Assembly (NCBI GenBank): GCA_963840175.1
Contig: CAWIXU010000009.1
Span: 3,372 to 67,371 of the forward strand
Source: an uncultured Acidimicrobiia bacterium
GTDB taxonomy: Bacteria; Actinomycetota; Acidimicrobiia; Spongiisociales; ZC4RG35
Length of the DNA: 64,000 bases
Direction: 5' to 3'
Made by a program: the position numbers and the translations under genes. This document shows, in pieces, positions 34,447-46,454 of the stretch; positions within the stretch are counted from its first letter, which is position 1; every line of letters starts with the position of its first letter. The notes under the pieces were generated by a model. It did no database searches. It was not told where the DNA came from and saw nothing but the letters and a program-made list of their open reading frames with translations.

Positions 34447-34475
34447 TCACGTTTGAAGCACGTTTTGAGGACCTT

Positions 34476-34985
34476 TTGCAGGAGATGACGACAATTAATC
34501 AAGGGTTTGGCGATCAACGTCTCGCGTCGATCTGGGATGTCATTGAGACATATCTCGGCGCGGAGCAAATCGAGCTCGATGACCTCGAACTCGTTGGTCG
34601 CGGGCGCGCCCAGACCTTGAGGATCCAGGTCGACGGCGAGAAGCTGGACCTTGACCGTATCTCGGAGCTGTCGAGAGGACTGTCCCGGCTACTCGACTCG
34701 CTGGAAGGTGCGCCTTTGGACGGCCCTTATCAGCTCGAAGTGAGCTCACCCGGTCTCGAGCGCAAACTGACTCGCCCGCGCCACTATCAAAAGTCGATCG
34801 GTCGAGAAGTTGTGATCAAGACCAGCGATGGTCAACGACGCGGGCTGATCGAATCGGCTGATGACGACAGCTTCAACTTGATCGAAGGGGAAAGCACGTC
34901 AGCCGTGCCTTACCGCCAGGTGGTTTCAGCCCGGACCGTGTTCACCTGGGAGAAACCGCCCAAGCCCGGTCATAGGAGCAATTGA
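34476..34985 (+). CDS. rimP: ribosome maturation factor RimP
   Basis: Intact ORF: IWDVIETYLGAEQIELDDLELVGRGRAQTLRIQVDGEKLDLDRISELSRGLSRLLD...YQLEVSSPGLERKLTRPRHYQKSIGREVVIKT. The start is TTG 34476 or ATG 34485. Sits immediately upstream of nusA. Confidence 0.85.
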   Translation: MQEMTTINQGFGDQRLASIWDVIETYLGAEQIELDDLELVGRGRAQTLRIQVDGEKLDLDRISELSRGLSRLLDSLEGAPLDGPYQLEVSSPGLERKLTRPRHYQKSIGREVVIKTSDGQRRGLIESADDDSFNLIEGESTSAVPYRQVVSARTVFTWEKPPKPGHRSN

Positions 34986-36170
34986 ATGATGAAAATCGAC
35001 GCCACGGTCATGGAGGCCCTGGAGATGCTGGGCCGGGAGCGTGGGGTGTCGGTCGACGCCATTCTCGATGCCCTCGCCAATGCGCTGGTCTCCGCCTACA
35101 AGCGCAGCCCGGGAGCAGCCGAAGAGGCCAGGGTCACGATCGATCCCGATACCGGCGATATCACCGTGTACGCCCAAGATCTCGACGACGACGGCAATGT
35201 GACCAAGGAGTGGGAAGACACTCCCGAAGACTTCGGACGCATCGCTGCCCAAACGGCCAAACAGGTGATACAGCAGCGGCTCCGCGATGCCAAGCGCGAG
35301 CAAGTCTTCGATGTTTACGCGGGTCGTGAAGGCGATCTCGTCACCGCGATCGTGCAGCAGGTCGACGGCCGGTTCACGATCCTCGATCTGGGCGATGCCG
35401 AAGCCATCCTCCCAGGATCAGAGCGAATTCCGTACGAGCGGCTTGATCGGGGCAACCGGGTCAAGGCGTTGATTCTCGAGGTTCGGAACGAGACCAAAGG
35501 CCCGCAGATCGTTGTCAGCCGGAGCCACCCCGACCTGGTTCGCCGCCTGCTCGAGCTAGAGGTACCGGAGTTAGCCGATGGCACGGTCGAACTCGTCGCC
35601 ATTGCTCGCGAACCCGGGCACCGGACCAAAATTGCAGTCGTATCCCACGATCCCAACGTCGACCCCAAGGGTGCATGTGTGGGTGCTCGAGGGTCGCGCG
35701 TAAGGCAAGTCGTCAACGAGTTGCGAGGCGAGAAGGTGGACGTCGTTCAATGGCGTGAGAACACCGCCCAATTCATCGCCGAGGCTCTCGGCCCGGCCAA
35801 GGTCAAAGAGGTGAAGGTCGACGAGGAAGCGAAGGTGGCCGAGGTCATTGTCAGCGACCATCAGCTTTCACTAGCCATCGGCAAAGAGGGTCAGAACGCC
35901 CGCCTCGCCGCCCGTCTGTCGGGATACAAAGTTGATATCCGCTCCGATCATGTTCCGGAACCCGCGCCCGTCGTGGCGCCCGAGGTGAAGGAACCAGAGG
36001 TCGAGGAGCCTGCTCCTGAACCTGCCGAGCCTGAATCTGGCGAGGTTGCATTGGAAAACGCCCAAGCAGAGGCTGTCGAGCCCGTCGGCGATGAGCTTGT
36101 GGCCGCAGTTGCGGCCGAGGCGACTGGAGACAGTCAGCCAGAGGAGCGTTCCACCGCGGAGGCCGAATAG
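34986..36170 (+). CDS. nusA: transcription termination/antitermination factor NusA
   Basis: Intact 394-aa ORF: ALEMLGRERGVSVDAILDALANALVSAYKR, S1 domain GDLVTAIVQQVDGRFTILDLGDAEAILP, KH domains VSRSHPDLVRRLLELEVPE, DPKGACVGARGSRVRQVVNELRGEKVDVV, LSLAIGKEGQNARLAARLSGYKVDIRS. Confidence 0.95.
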   Translation: MMKIDATVMEALEMLGRERGVSVDAILDALANALVSAYKRSPGAAEEARVTIDPDTGDITVYAQDLDDDGNVTKEWEDTPEDFGRIAAQTAKQVIQQRLRDAKREQVFDVYAGREGDLVTAIVQQVDGRFTILDLGDAEAILPGSERIPYERLDRGNRVKALILEVRNETKGPQIVVSRSHPDLVRRLLELEVPELADGTVELVAIAREPGHRTKIAVVSHDPNVDPKGACVGARGSRVRQVVNELRGEKVDVVQWRENTAQFIAEALGPAKVKEVKVDEEAKVAEVIVSDHQLSLAIGKEGQNARLAARLSGYKVDIRSDHVPEPAPVVAPEVKEPEVEEPAPEPAEPESGEVALENAQAEAVEPVGDELVAAVAAEATGDSQPEERSTAEAE

Positions 36171-38170
36171 GTGGCCAAGATGCGCGTTTACGAGCTCGCG
36201 CGTGAGCTTGCGCTCGAATCCAAGGATCTGATCGAGCAGGCTCACAATCTGGGCATTCGAGGTGAAGACCGCCTCATCGAGTATCGAGGAGAGCGATGCC
36301 GACCTGATCCGCCTGGCCATCACGGAAGCCACGTCGCCCGTCACCGAGCCCGAGCCCGAGCCGGAGCCGGAACCGGCACCCGTGTCCGAACCCGAGGCCG
36401 AGCGCGAGGTCAGGTTGGTCTCGGTTCCGGCCAATCCTTCCGTGGCCGAGGTCGCTGAGGCCCTGGGTCAGACCGCCGGGGGCAATCGTGCGGGCTCTTG
36501 TCGGGAGGGGCGTCCTGGCCGGTGTTGGTGGTCCAATGCCCCTCGACCACCTGGACGGCATCGCCGAGCAGTTCGGAGCGATAGTCGAGGTGGAAGCACC
36601 ACCGCCCCCACCGCCCAAGACGGCACCGCGTCTCTCATTTGATGACGCTCCCGAGAACCTTGCCCCGAGGCCCCCGGTGGTCACGATCATGGGGCATGTC
36701 GACCACGGCAAGACGACGTTGCTTGACACCATTCGCAAGTCAAACGTCGTCGCTGGGGAACAGGGTGGGATCACCCAGCACATCGGCGCCTATCAGGTGA
36801 CGGTCGGTGGACGCCTGATCACCTTTATCGACACGCCTGGCCACGAGGCTTTCACTGCGCTTCGTGCTCGTGGCGCCAACATCACCGACATCGTCGTTCT
36901 GGTGGTCGCCGCTAACGACGGAGTCATGCCGCAAACCATCGAAGCGATCAGCCACGCTCGAGCAGCGGGGGTAAAGCTGGTCGTCGCCATCAATAAGGTC
37001 GACCTGCCGGGCGCCGACCCGATCCGGGTGCGCACGATGCTTACCGAGCACGAGGTCATTACCGAGGATCTGGGCGGTGACATCCCCGCCGTTGAGGTCT
37101 CCGCCCTCACCGGGCAAGGGGTCGACAACCTGCTTGAGCTGATCGACCTCATCGCGCAGCTCGAGGACTTTCGCGCCAATCCCCAACCCGCCGCTTCGGG
37201 AGTTGTTATTGAGGCTCAACTCGATCCGGGCATGGGCCCAACGGCGACGGTGATCGTCCAGCGCGGGACTTTGCGAACGGGAGACGCGTTTGTCGCCGGT
37301 CAGACCTCGGGGCGAGTGCGCGCCATGATGGACTGGGCGGGGAACCGTGAGAAGGTGGCCCCGCCTTCGACGCCCGCCCTGATCATGGGTTGGGACGAGA
37401 TCCCGGTAGCCGGAGACAATTTCGAGGTCTTGACCACCGAACGCGAAGCTCGCGCACGGGCCCAGGAACGGGCGGATGAGTTTCGTGACGCCTCGTTCAG
37501 CACTCCGGCCACCGCTCGGGAGCGTCTTGCCAACCTGCTGGAGCAGCTGCGGGCCGAAGAAGCCGAGCTCCGCATAGTCCTCAAGGCAGATGCCCACGGC
37601 TCGCTCGAGGCGCTTCGTGAATCCCTTGCGAAGATCAAGCGCGAGGGTGGGCGAATCGAGATCATGCACGGGGCGATCGGCGGCATCAACGAAAACGACG
37701 TCAAGCTGGCCGAGGTCACCGAGGCGGTCGTGATCGGTTTCAATGTCCGCCCCGACGGCAAGACCCGGCGGCTCGCCGAGTCCAAGGGAATCGAGATTCG
37801 TACCTACGGGATTATCTACGAGTTGCTCGAAGAGATCGAGGCGATGCTCGTTGGCCGGCTGGCACCCGACGAGGTCGAGGCCGTCCTTGGAACCGCCGAG
37901 GTGCGGGCGCTGTTCAAGGTGCCGCGACTCGGAAACATCGCGGGTTGCTACGTCACCGAAGGCGAGATCGTGCGCAATGCCAAGGCACGTTTGCTTCGAG
38001 ACGGAGTTGTGGTCTTCGACGGGGTGATTGGTTCATTGCGGCGCTTCAAGGACGATGTCCGCAGCGTTGCCGCCGGCTTCGAGTGCGGGATCGGCCTGGC
38101 TGGCTACAACGACGTCAAAGAAGGCGACAGCATCGAGGCCTATCAGGTCAACGAAGTCGCCCGCGTTTGA
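36171..38170 (+). CDS. infB: translation initiation factor IF-2 (two frame changes in the N-terminal region)
   Basis: GTG lies directly after the nusA TAG. N-terminus [29 protein letters not shown]. Linker [11 protein letters not shown]. From 36488 there is an intact 560-aa body: [32 protein letters not shown], ...[15 protein letters not shown]. Confidence 0.9.
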
Positions 38171-38198
38171 CCCGTCGTCAGTAAGCGAGAATGCCGGG

Positions 38199-38555
38199 AT
38201 GGGAAAGCCGTCTTATCCCCGAACCAGACGCATCAATGCCATCATCCAAGAGGTGCTCGCCGATGAGGTCGAGGCGCTGAGCGACCCTCGTCTGGGCATG
38301 GTCACGATCACCGGTGTCGAAACCGCTCCTGACATGCGCCGGGCAACGGTCTTCGTCAGCGCGCTCGATCCCGGCCATCTCGAGGAGACGATCAAGGGTC
38401 TGACCGCCGCCGCGCCGCGCTTGCGGGTTCTCTTGGGCAAACAGGTGCGGATCAAGTTCACCCCCCAGCTCCAGTTCAAGGCGGACGCAGGCGTGCTCCA
38501 GGGCGAACGCATCGAGGCGGTTCTGCGCGAACTGCCTTCCTCCGGAGACGGATGA
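38199..38555 (+). CDS. rbfA: ribosome-binding factor A
   Basis: MGKPSYPRTRRINAIIQEVLADEVEALSDPRLGMVTITGVETAPDMRRATVFVSAL...APRLRVLLGKQVRIKFTPQLQFKAD. Confidence 0.9.
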   Translation: MGKPSYPRTRRINAIIQEVLADEVEALSDPRLGMVTITGVETAPDMRRATVFVSALDPGHLEETIKGLTAAAPRLRVLLGKQVRIKFTPQLQFKADAGVLQGERIEAVLRELPSSGDG

Positions 38556-39521
38556 ATGATCTCACGGATCTGGCCGCGGCGGCCGAGGCGCTGCGCGCAG
38601 CCGACACGATCGCGATGGCGTGTCATGTCAATCCCGACGGCGATGCCCTCGGCAGCATGCTGGCCGTCGCCCTCGCCGCCGCGAGCGAGGGGAAGCAGGT
38701 GCAGCCGAGCTACGGCCCTCCCTTCGAACCGGTCCGCGGCCTACCGCTTTCTTCCCGACAGAACTCCTGGTAGCCCCTTCCGAAGTTGAGGAGGAGCCCG
38801 AGCTAATGCTGACCTTCGATAGCGGCAACCTCGATCGCCTGGGCGACCTGGCCGCGAACGTCAAACGCGGCCAAAAAGGTGATAGTCGTTGATCATCACG
38901 TCGCCGGGTCCGAGGAATTCGGTGATCTGCACTTGATCGATCCGGCGGTCTCTTCCACTGCCGAACTGACGTTTCATCTTGTTGCAAGAAACTGGATGGA
39001 AAATCGACCAACGGATCGCCACCTGTTTGCTTACCGGATTGGTCACCGACACCGGTCGCTTCCAATACTCGAATACATCGCCGGCGACCCTTCGCGTCGC
39101 CGCGCAACTCGTTGAGCTGGGGGCTCGACCCGAGGTGGTCGGCCAACATGTGTACGAGGAGGAGGCATTCGGATACCTCGGCGCGTCCGGGGCGGTCATG
39201 CAGCGTGCGGTGCTAGTCCCGGATCGCAATCTGGTGTGGTCGGTTCTCTATCAGGCCGACCTGGTGGCGAATGAACTCACTCTCGCTGAGACAGATTCGT
39301 TGATCGATCTCATCCGCCTTCCGATCGAGGCTGGAGCCGCCCTACTCCTCAAAGAACATTCTCCCGGACTGTTCAAAGGGAGCTTGCGGAGTCGTGGCCA
39401 GATCGACGTAGGTTCGGTTGCCGCGGCACTGGGTGGCGGTGGGCATCACAACGCAGCTGGTTTCACCTTCAACGGAACCCCGGAAGCGGCGGTTGCATCC
39501 GTTGTTTCGCTCTTGCCGTGA
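38552..39521 (+). CDS. nrnA: DHH/DHHA1 phosphoesterase (NrnA/CnpB-like), frameshifted
   Basis: IAMACHVNPDGDALGSMLAVALA (DHH motif region), VIVVDHH, CLLTGLVTDTGRFQYSNTS, and DHHA1 GGGGHHNAAGFTF. Position between rbfA and truB. Confidence 0.8.
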
Positions 39522-40394
39522 CGACCGGTCTCCTCGTGATCGACAAGCCCGAGGGCATCACTTCCGCTGGCGTGGTGACTGCGGTTCGGCGTGCGACCGG
39601 GATCAAGAAAGCCGGGCATGCCGGCACGCTCGACCCGATGGCGACCGGAGTGCTGGTGGTGGCGTTGGGGCCGGCGACCAGGCTGGTCCGCTACGTCCAG
39701 GACGGTGCCAAGGAGTACGTTGCCACCGTCCAATTCGGCGTTGCGACCGAATCTCTCGACGCTGACGGAGACGAAACCGAACGCGCTCCGATGAACTTTG
39801 CCGAAGCCGAGCTGCGGCAAGCGTTAGAAGGCTTCAAAGGTCAGTCGAGTCAGATTCCGCCGATGGTTTCGGCAGTCAAGGTCGGCGGAAAGCGTCTCTA
39901 CGAACTTGCCCGGGCAGGCAAAGAAGTCGCTCGCGACCCTCGCCTGATCTACGTGACCGAGCTCGAGTTGGTCGACATTCGAAGCCGCGCCCGACTTTCC
40001 GGTGGCCACGCTGCGAGTGGTCTCCTCGAAAGGAACCTATATCCGGACGCTCGCCGACGATATTGCCCGAGCACTCGGCGGCCGGGCACATCTCAGGGGA
40101 CTGCGGAGAACGAAGGTCGGCCCTTTCGACCTGGAGGGCGCGCTTTCCCTCGACGATCTCGAGGAATGGCAAAGCCGGCTGGTCCCGCCCGCTAATGCCG
40201 TCTCCGAGCTGGCGACATGGTTCGTCACAAGCGATGAGGCGACTGAGATCGGCTACGGCCGCGCGCTCGCAGCCGCCGCCGGGACGGGACCGTGGGCGAT
40301 GATGGACGCGGGAAACGAACTGCTGGCGGTTTACCGACGAGACGGCGATCGGGCTGTCGCCGAAGTTGTCTCGCTGACGCATGATCGTGCCCAA
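39518..40394 (+). CDS. truB: tRNA pseudouridine(55) synthase TruB (one frame change; no in-frame stop before ribF)
   Basis: GLLVIDKPEGITSAGVVTAVRRATGIKKAGHAGTLDPMATGVLVVALGPATRLVRYV, IPPMVSAVKVGGKRLYELARAG, RVVSSKGTYIRTLADDIA. As written, the frame runs straight into ribF. Confidence 0.85.
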
Positions 40395-41327
40395 ATGATC
40401 GTGCTTAGGGGTCACCCCTATGAATGGGAAGTGGGGGCTCCGACCGCCGCGACCGTCGGGGTATTCGATGGTGTTCACCTCGGTCACCGGAAGGTGATCG
40501 GCGACTTGGTGGCTGAGGCCGGCGACCTGGTGCCAGCGGCCATTACGTTCGATCCCCATCCTCTGTCGGTCCTATCGCCCGACCGGGCGCCGTTGATGCT
40601 CACCGATGTCGATCAGCGAATCGAACAATTCCGGTCGCTGGGACTCGGGATCGCAGGAGTCCTCAACTTTCCTGACATTCGCGACCTCGCCGCCAAAGAA
40701 TTTTCCGAACGAGTTCTGTTTGAAGCGCTACAGGCACGCCGCGTCGTCGTCGGCGCCGACTTTCGCTTCGGACAAGGGCGCGAGGGCGACTCCGACTTTC
40801 TCCGCCCGCGAAGGAGAGCGCCTGGGGTTCGAAGTCGACATCGTGGACATGTTCGGAGCGCTCGATGGGGTGGTGTCGTCGACTCGAATTCGTCAGGCAC
40901 TGCTCGCGGGAGACGTCGAAACGGCGACCCGGATGCTTGATCGCCCCTATCAGCTAAATGGTGAAGTGGTGGAAGGAGACCGCAGGGGGCAGCGAGTTGG
41001 GGTTTCCCACGGCCAATTTGGCGACCGATCCGGCCAGACTCGTCCCGGCCAACGGCGTTTACGCCGGTTGGGCGCTATTGACGGAGCAGCCCAAATCGAA
41101 TCGGAATTGGCCGGCCGTGATCAACATCGGGTTCCGTCCCACGTTTGCTGGTATCCGAACGACGGATCGAGGCACATCTGCTCGACTTTGCCGGGGATCT
41201 ATACGGTCAACAACTGGCGATCGACTTCGTAGCTCGTATCCGAGCCGAGCAGAAATTCGACGGGATCGACGCGTTGCGTGTGCAGATAGGGAAAGACGTC
41301 GAGTCGGCGCGGGGCACCTCGGGACCT
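40395..41327 (+). CDS. ribF: bifunctional riboflavin kinase / FMN adenylyltransferase (frameshifted; 3' end approximate)
   Basis: [105 protein letters not shown]...[47 protein letters not shown]. Confidence 0.8.
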
Positions 41328-41390
41328 GAAAGACCACTCAGCTGCTACAATTTCACCCGTTCCCCACAACTCGCAGGTATTCAGCGCGTT

Positions 41391-41648
41391 ATGAAGACCA
41401 CCCAAGAGATCGTTACCGAATTCGGCCATCACGAGGGCGACACAGGGTCGCCCGAGGTGCAGGTTGCCCTGCTGACCGAGCGGATCAACCACCTCACCGA
41501 GCATCTTCGCACCCACAAGGGCGATCATCACGGCCGACGTGGTCTCTTGATGATGGTTGGACGCCGCCGGCGATTGCTCGACTATCTCAAAGATCGAGAT
41601 GTCGAGCGCTATCGCACGATCGTTGCCCAACTCGGTCTTCGCCGCTAA
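41391..41648 (+). CDS. rpsO: 30S ribosomal protein S15
   Basis: [85 protein letters not shown]. Confidence 0.95.
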   Translation: MKTTQEIVTEFGHHEGDTGSPEVQVALLTERINHLTEHLRTHKGDHHGRRGLLMMVGRRRRLLDYLKDRDVERYRTIVAQLGLRR

Positions 41649-41689
41649 CTCGACTTTTGGGGTCCACTGGCCGAGCCTGGTCGGTTGCT

Positions 41690-41729
41690 AGTTGTGAGCG
41701 TTTGCGCTCCCGTCTGAACGTTCACAACT
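41690..41729 (+). promoter_or_regulatory. long hairpin in the rpsO-pnp spacer (candidate pnp leader / processing-autoregulation stem or rpsO terminator)
   Basis: agttgtgagcgtt (41690-41702) pairs with aacgttcacaact (41717-41729) at 12 of 13 positions, with a 14-nt loop. It lies 40 nt upstream of the pnp GTG at 41769, which has a GAAGGAG SD. Confidence 0.45.
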
Positions 41730-41768
41730 GGTAACGGGCCGGCTCCTTACAAGAAGGAGCACATCTAA

Positions 41769-44169
41769 GTGCCCGAAATAACTGTCAATGGTCTGGTCGG
41801 GGGTAAGCAACTCTCGTTCTCGACCGGCAAGCTGGCCGGACAGGCCGACGGCGCCGTCGTCGCCCGTCTCGGAGAGACCGAGATGCTCGTCACCGCCACT
41901 GCCAACAAGACTCAGCGGGAAGGAATCGACTTCTTCCCCCTCACCGTGGACATCGAGGAGCGGATGTACGCGGTGGGACGCATCCCGGGTTCGTTCTTCC
42001 GTCGGGAGGGACGACCGACCGAGGACGCCACTCTCACCGCCCGATTGATCGACCGTCCGCTGCGACCGTCGTTTCGCGACGGCTTTCGTTGCGAGACTCA
42101 CGTGGTTGCCACCACTCTTGCCGTCGACGGCGAGAACCTCTATGACATCGTCGCCCTCAACGGCGCCTCAGCGGCGCTGACGATCAGCGGCATCCCCTTC
42201 GAAGGGCCGATCGGTGGAGTCCGCCTCGGGTTGAAGAAGGGCGAATGGATCGCTTTCCCGACCTATGAGGATCTCACCGAGTCGGTCTTCGAGATGGTCG
42301 TCGCCGGTGGACGCAACTCCGAAGGCGGGGTCGACATCATCATGGTGGAGGCGAGCTCCACCCCGCACGGGCTTCGGCTCATTGCTGCCGGCGATGCGCC
42401 TTCCGATGAGGCGACCGTGGCCAACGGCCTCGAGGTGGCGAAGGCCGCGATCGCCGAATCCATCGAACTGCAGATGCAGTTGCTCGAGCGGGTCGGCAAG
42501 AAGGACGCCGAATGGCCGATCGCAATCGACTACACCGCTGAGCTGCACGAGCAGGTGACCAATGCGGCTCGTCCCCGCCTGGCTGAAGTAATTCGCATCG
42601 CCGGCAAGACCGAGCGCAACCAGGCCGTAGATGAGACGGAGGCAAGTGTTCTCGCCGAACTCGGCATCGACGCAGAGGCGAGCGAGCAATTCAAACGAGC
42701 CTTCAAGACGGTGCTGAAGGACATGATGCGAGCCCAGGTGGTCGACGAAGGGATTCGTCTCGATGGACGCGGAGCTACCGACGTTCGCCCGCTGTCGATC
42801 GAGGTCGGAGTGGTCGGTCGAGCCCATGGCTCGGGCTTCTTCCAGCGCGGCGAGACCCAGGTGCTCAACTTCACCACCCTGGGGATGCTGAAGATGGAGC
42901 AGATGCTCGACACCCTCTCTCCCGAGGAGGGCAAGCGTTACATGCACCACTACAACATGCCGCCCTACTCGACCGGTGAAGCCGGTCCGATGCGAGGTCC
43001 CCGCCGTCGCGAAATCGGTCACGGTGCCCTCGCCGAGCGCGCTCTCCTTCCGGTCATTCCGACCGAAGAGGAGTTCCCCTACGCGTTGCGACTCGGTCTC
43101 TGAGGTCATCTCGTCGAACGGTTCGACTTCGATGGGATCGGTCTGTGCCTCGTCCCTCTCGCTGATGGACGCCGGTGTTCCAATCTCCGATGCTGTCGCC
43201 GGAATCGCCATGGGGTTGATCGAGCGGAACGGCAAGTACGTCACCTTGACCGACATCCTCGGCGCCGAGGACGCGCTCGGGCGACATGGACTTCAAGGTG
43301 GCCGGCACGGCGGATGTGATTACTGCTCTGCAACTCGACACCAAGCTCCAGGGCCTGCCGTCAGAGGTGCTGATCGAAGCGCTCGATCAGGCCGACGATG
43401 GCCCGACTCTTCATCCTCGACGCGATGAACAAGGTGCATCGCCAGCCCTCGCACCGAGCTCAACAAGTGGGCGCCGCGAATCGAGACGATCCAGATCCCC
43501 AAGGACAAGATCGGCGAGGTCATCGGTCCCAAGGGCAAGGTCATCCGCGAGCTCGAAGAGAAGACCGGCGCCACGATCGAGATCGAGGAAGAAGGTGGTT
43601 ACGGCCTCGTCCGGATCGCCTCGACCGACAGCGAAGCACTGGCGGCCGCCAAGGAACGGGTCATGCACATCGTGTTCCCGCCCGAGCCCGAGTTGAACAA
43701 GGTGTACGACGGCGAGGTCGTCAACATCACCAAGTTCGGTGCCTTCGTCAACATCATGCCGGGTCGTGACGGCCTGCTCCATATCTCCAAGCTCGACGAC
43801 ACCCGTCGGGTGGAGCGGGTCGAGGACTACCTCGAACTCGGCCAGAAGGTGCCCGTGCTGCTCGAGGAGATCGATCGGCAGGGCAAGCTGGCCCTGAAGC
43901 TGGTCAACCCCTCGAGCGCAAGGAGGGCGCCGGCTCCTCGGAGTCCAGCGATGACCGTCCCCCACGCAACGACCGTGATCGGGGCGATCGGGGCGACCGC
44001 GGAGGATCGCGGCGGCGACCGCGGCGATCGGGGACCGGCCCGCGAGGGCGGCAACCGCGACCGGGGACCGCGTCCCGAGCGCCGTCCGGCTGAGCCCGTC
44101 CAAACCGGCGATAGCCGGCGCAAGGCGGTCTCCTTCGAGGACGTCTTCGACAACCTCCCCAAGCCCTAA
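41769..44169 (+). CDS. pnp: polyribonucleotide nucleotidyltransferase (PNPase/GpsI) with Arg/Gly/Asp-rich C-terminal tail (frameshifted in the distal half)
   Basis: First 444 aa are intact ([27 protein letters not shown]..., [27 protein letters not shown], second PH domain [20 protein letters not shown]). Then [72 protein letters not shown]1 [28 protein letters not shown]. Tail [27 protein letters not shown]...[13 protein letters not shown]-stop. Confidence 0.9.
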
Positions 44170-44188
44170 GGACCGAAACGAAACCTAA

Positions 44189-44221
44189 GGCTCTGGGCCG
44201 TGGATTTCACGGCACAGAGCC
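44189..44221. terminator. GC-rich hairpin between convergent pnp and the DoxX-like gene (candidate bidirectional terminator, no U-tract)
   Basis: ggctctgggccgtg (44189-44202), loop gattt, cacggcacagagcc (44208-44221). 13 of 14 positions pair. Confidence 0.5.
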
Positions 44222-44227
44222 CGCGGT

Positions 44228-44610
44228 TTAGGAGCGGTTCGCCGAGGCGAGCCTGCCCAACGCGAGGGCGCCGAGCAGCAGCCCGAAGTCGCGCAGGGCG
44301 ACGTCGTAGAACCCTGGAATCAAGAGCAGGTTCACGATGATGAAGCCGAGCCAGGCGGCAACCACATAGGCGCCGAGGCGAGGTCGAACTGCACGAGGAG
44401 AGCGGCCACGAGCTCGATGACTCCGACGACACGCATGAGGCTCGAGGCGGAAAGCGGGCTCGAGCTCGATGACCGGTCGGACAGGTATCGCTCCCAGTCG
44501 GCCAGCCGATTGGAGAACTTGTCGATGCCCACGACCAGTGGCAGGACCACGAATCCGAAGCGAAGGATGTTGAACGCCTGGGTGACGGGGGCGTCGTGCG
44601 TGGTGCGCAT
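44228..44610 (-). CDS. small integral membrane protein, DoxX-like (frameshifted)
   Basis: MRTTHDAPVTQAFNILRFGFVVLPLVVGIDKFSNRLADWERYL...LMRVVGVIELVAALLVQF, then by hand PRLGAYVVAAWLGFIIVNLLLIPGFYDVALRDFGLLLGALALGRLASANRS-stop (complement of 44228-44230). The family call rests on general resemblance only. Confidence 0.45.
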
Positions 44611-44722
44611 GAGCAGTGCGCGGTATCGGTGGCCGTATGAAACCTCCTGTTTGGGCCGTCGGTCTCTATACGTTATAGACGTCGTTTCCGAACACGGCGT
44701 CTCAAGCACGACATTCGGCGCA

Positions 44723-46410
<1,688 letters not shown>

Positions 46411-46454
46411 GTCTTTCGCTCTAGAGTTGTGAGGCTGCGGGCAGAAGGAAGGCT

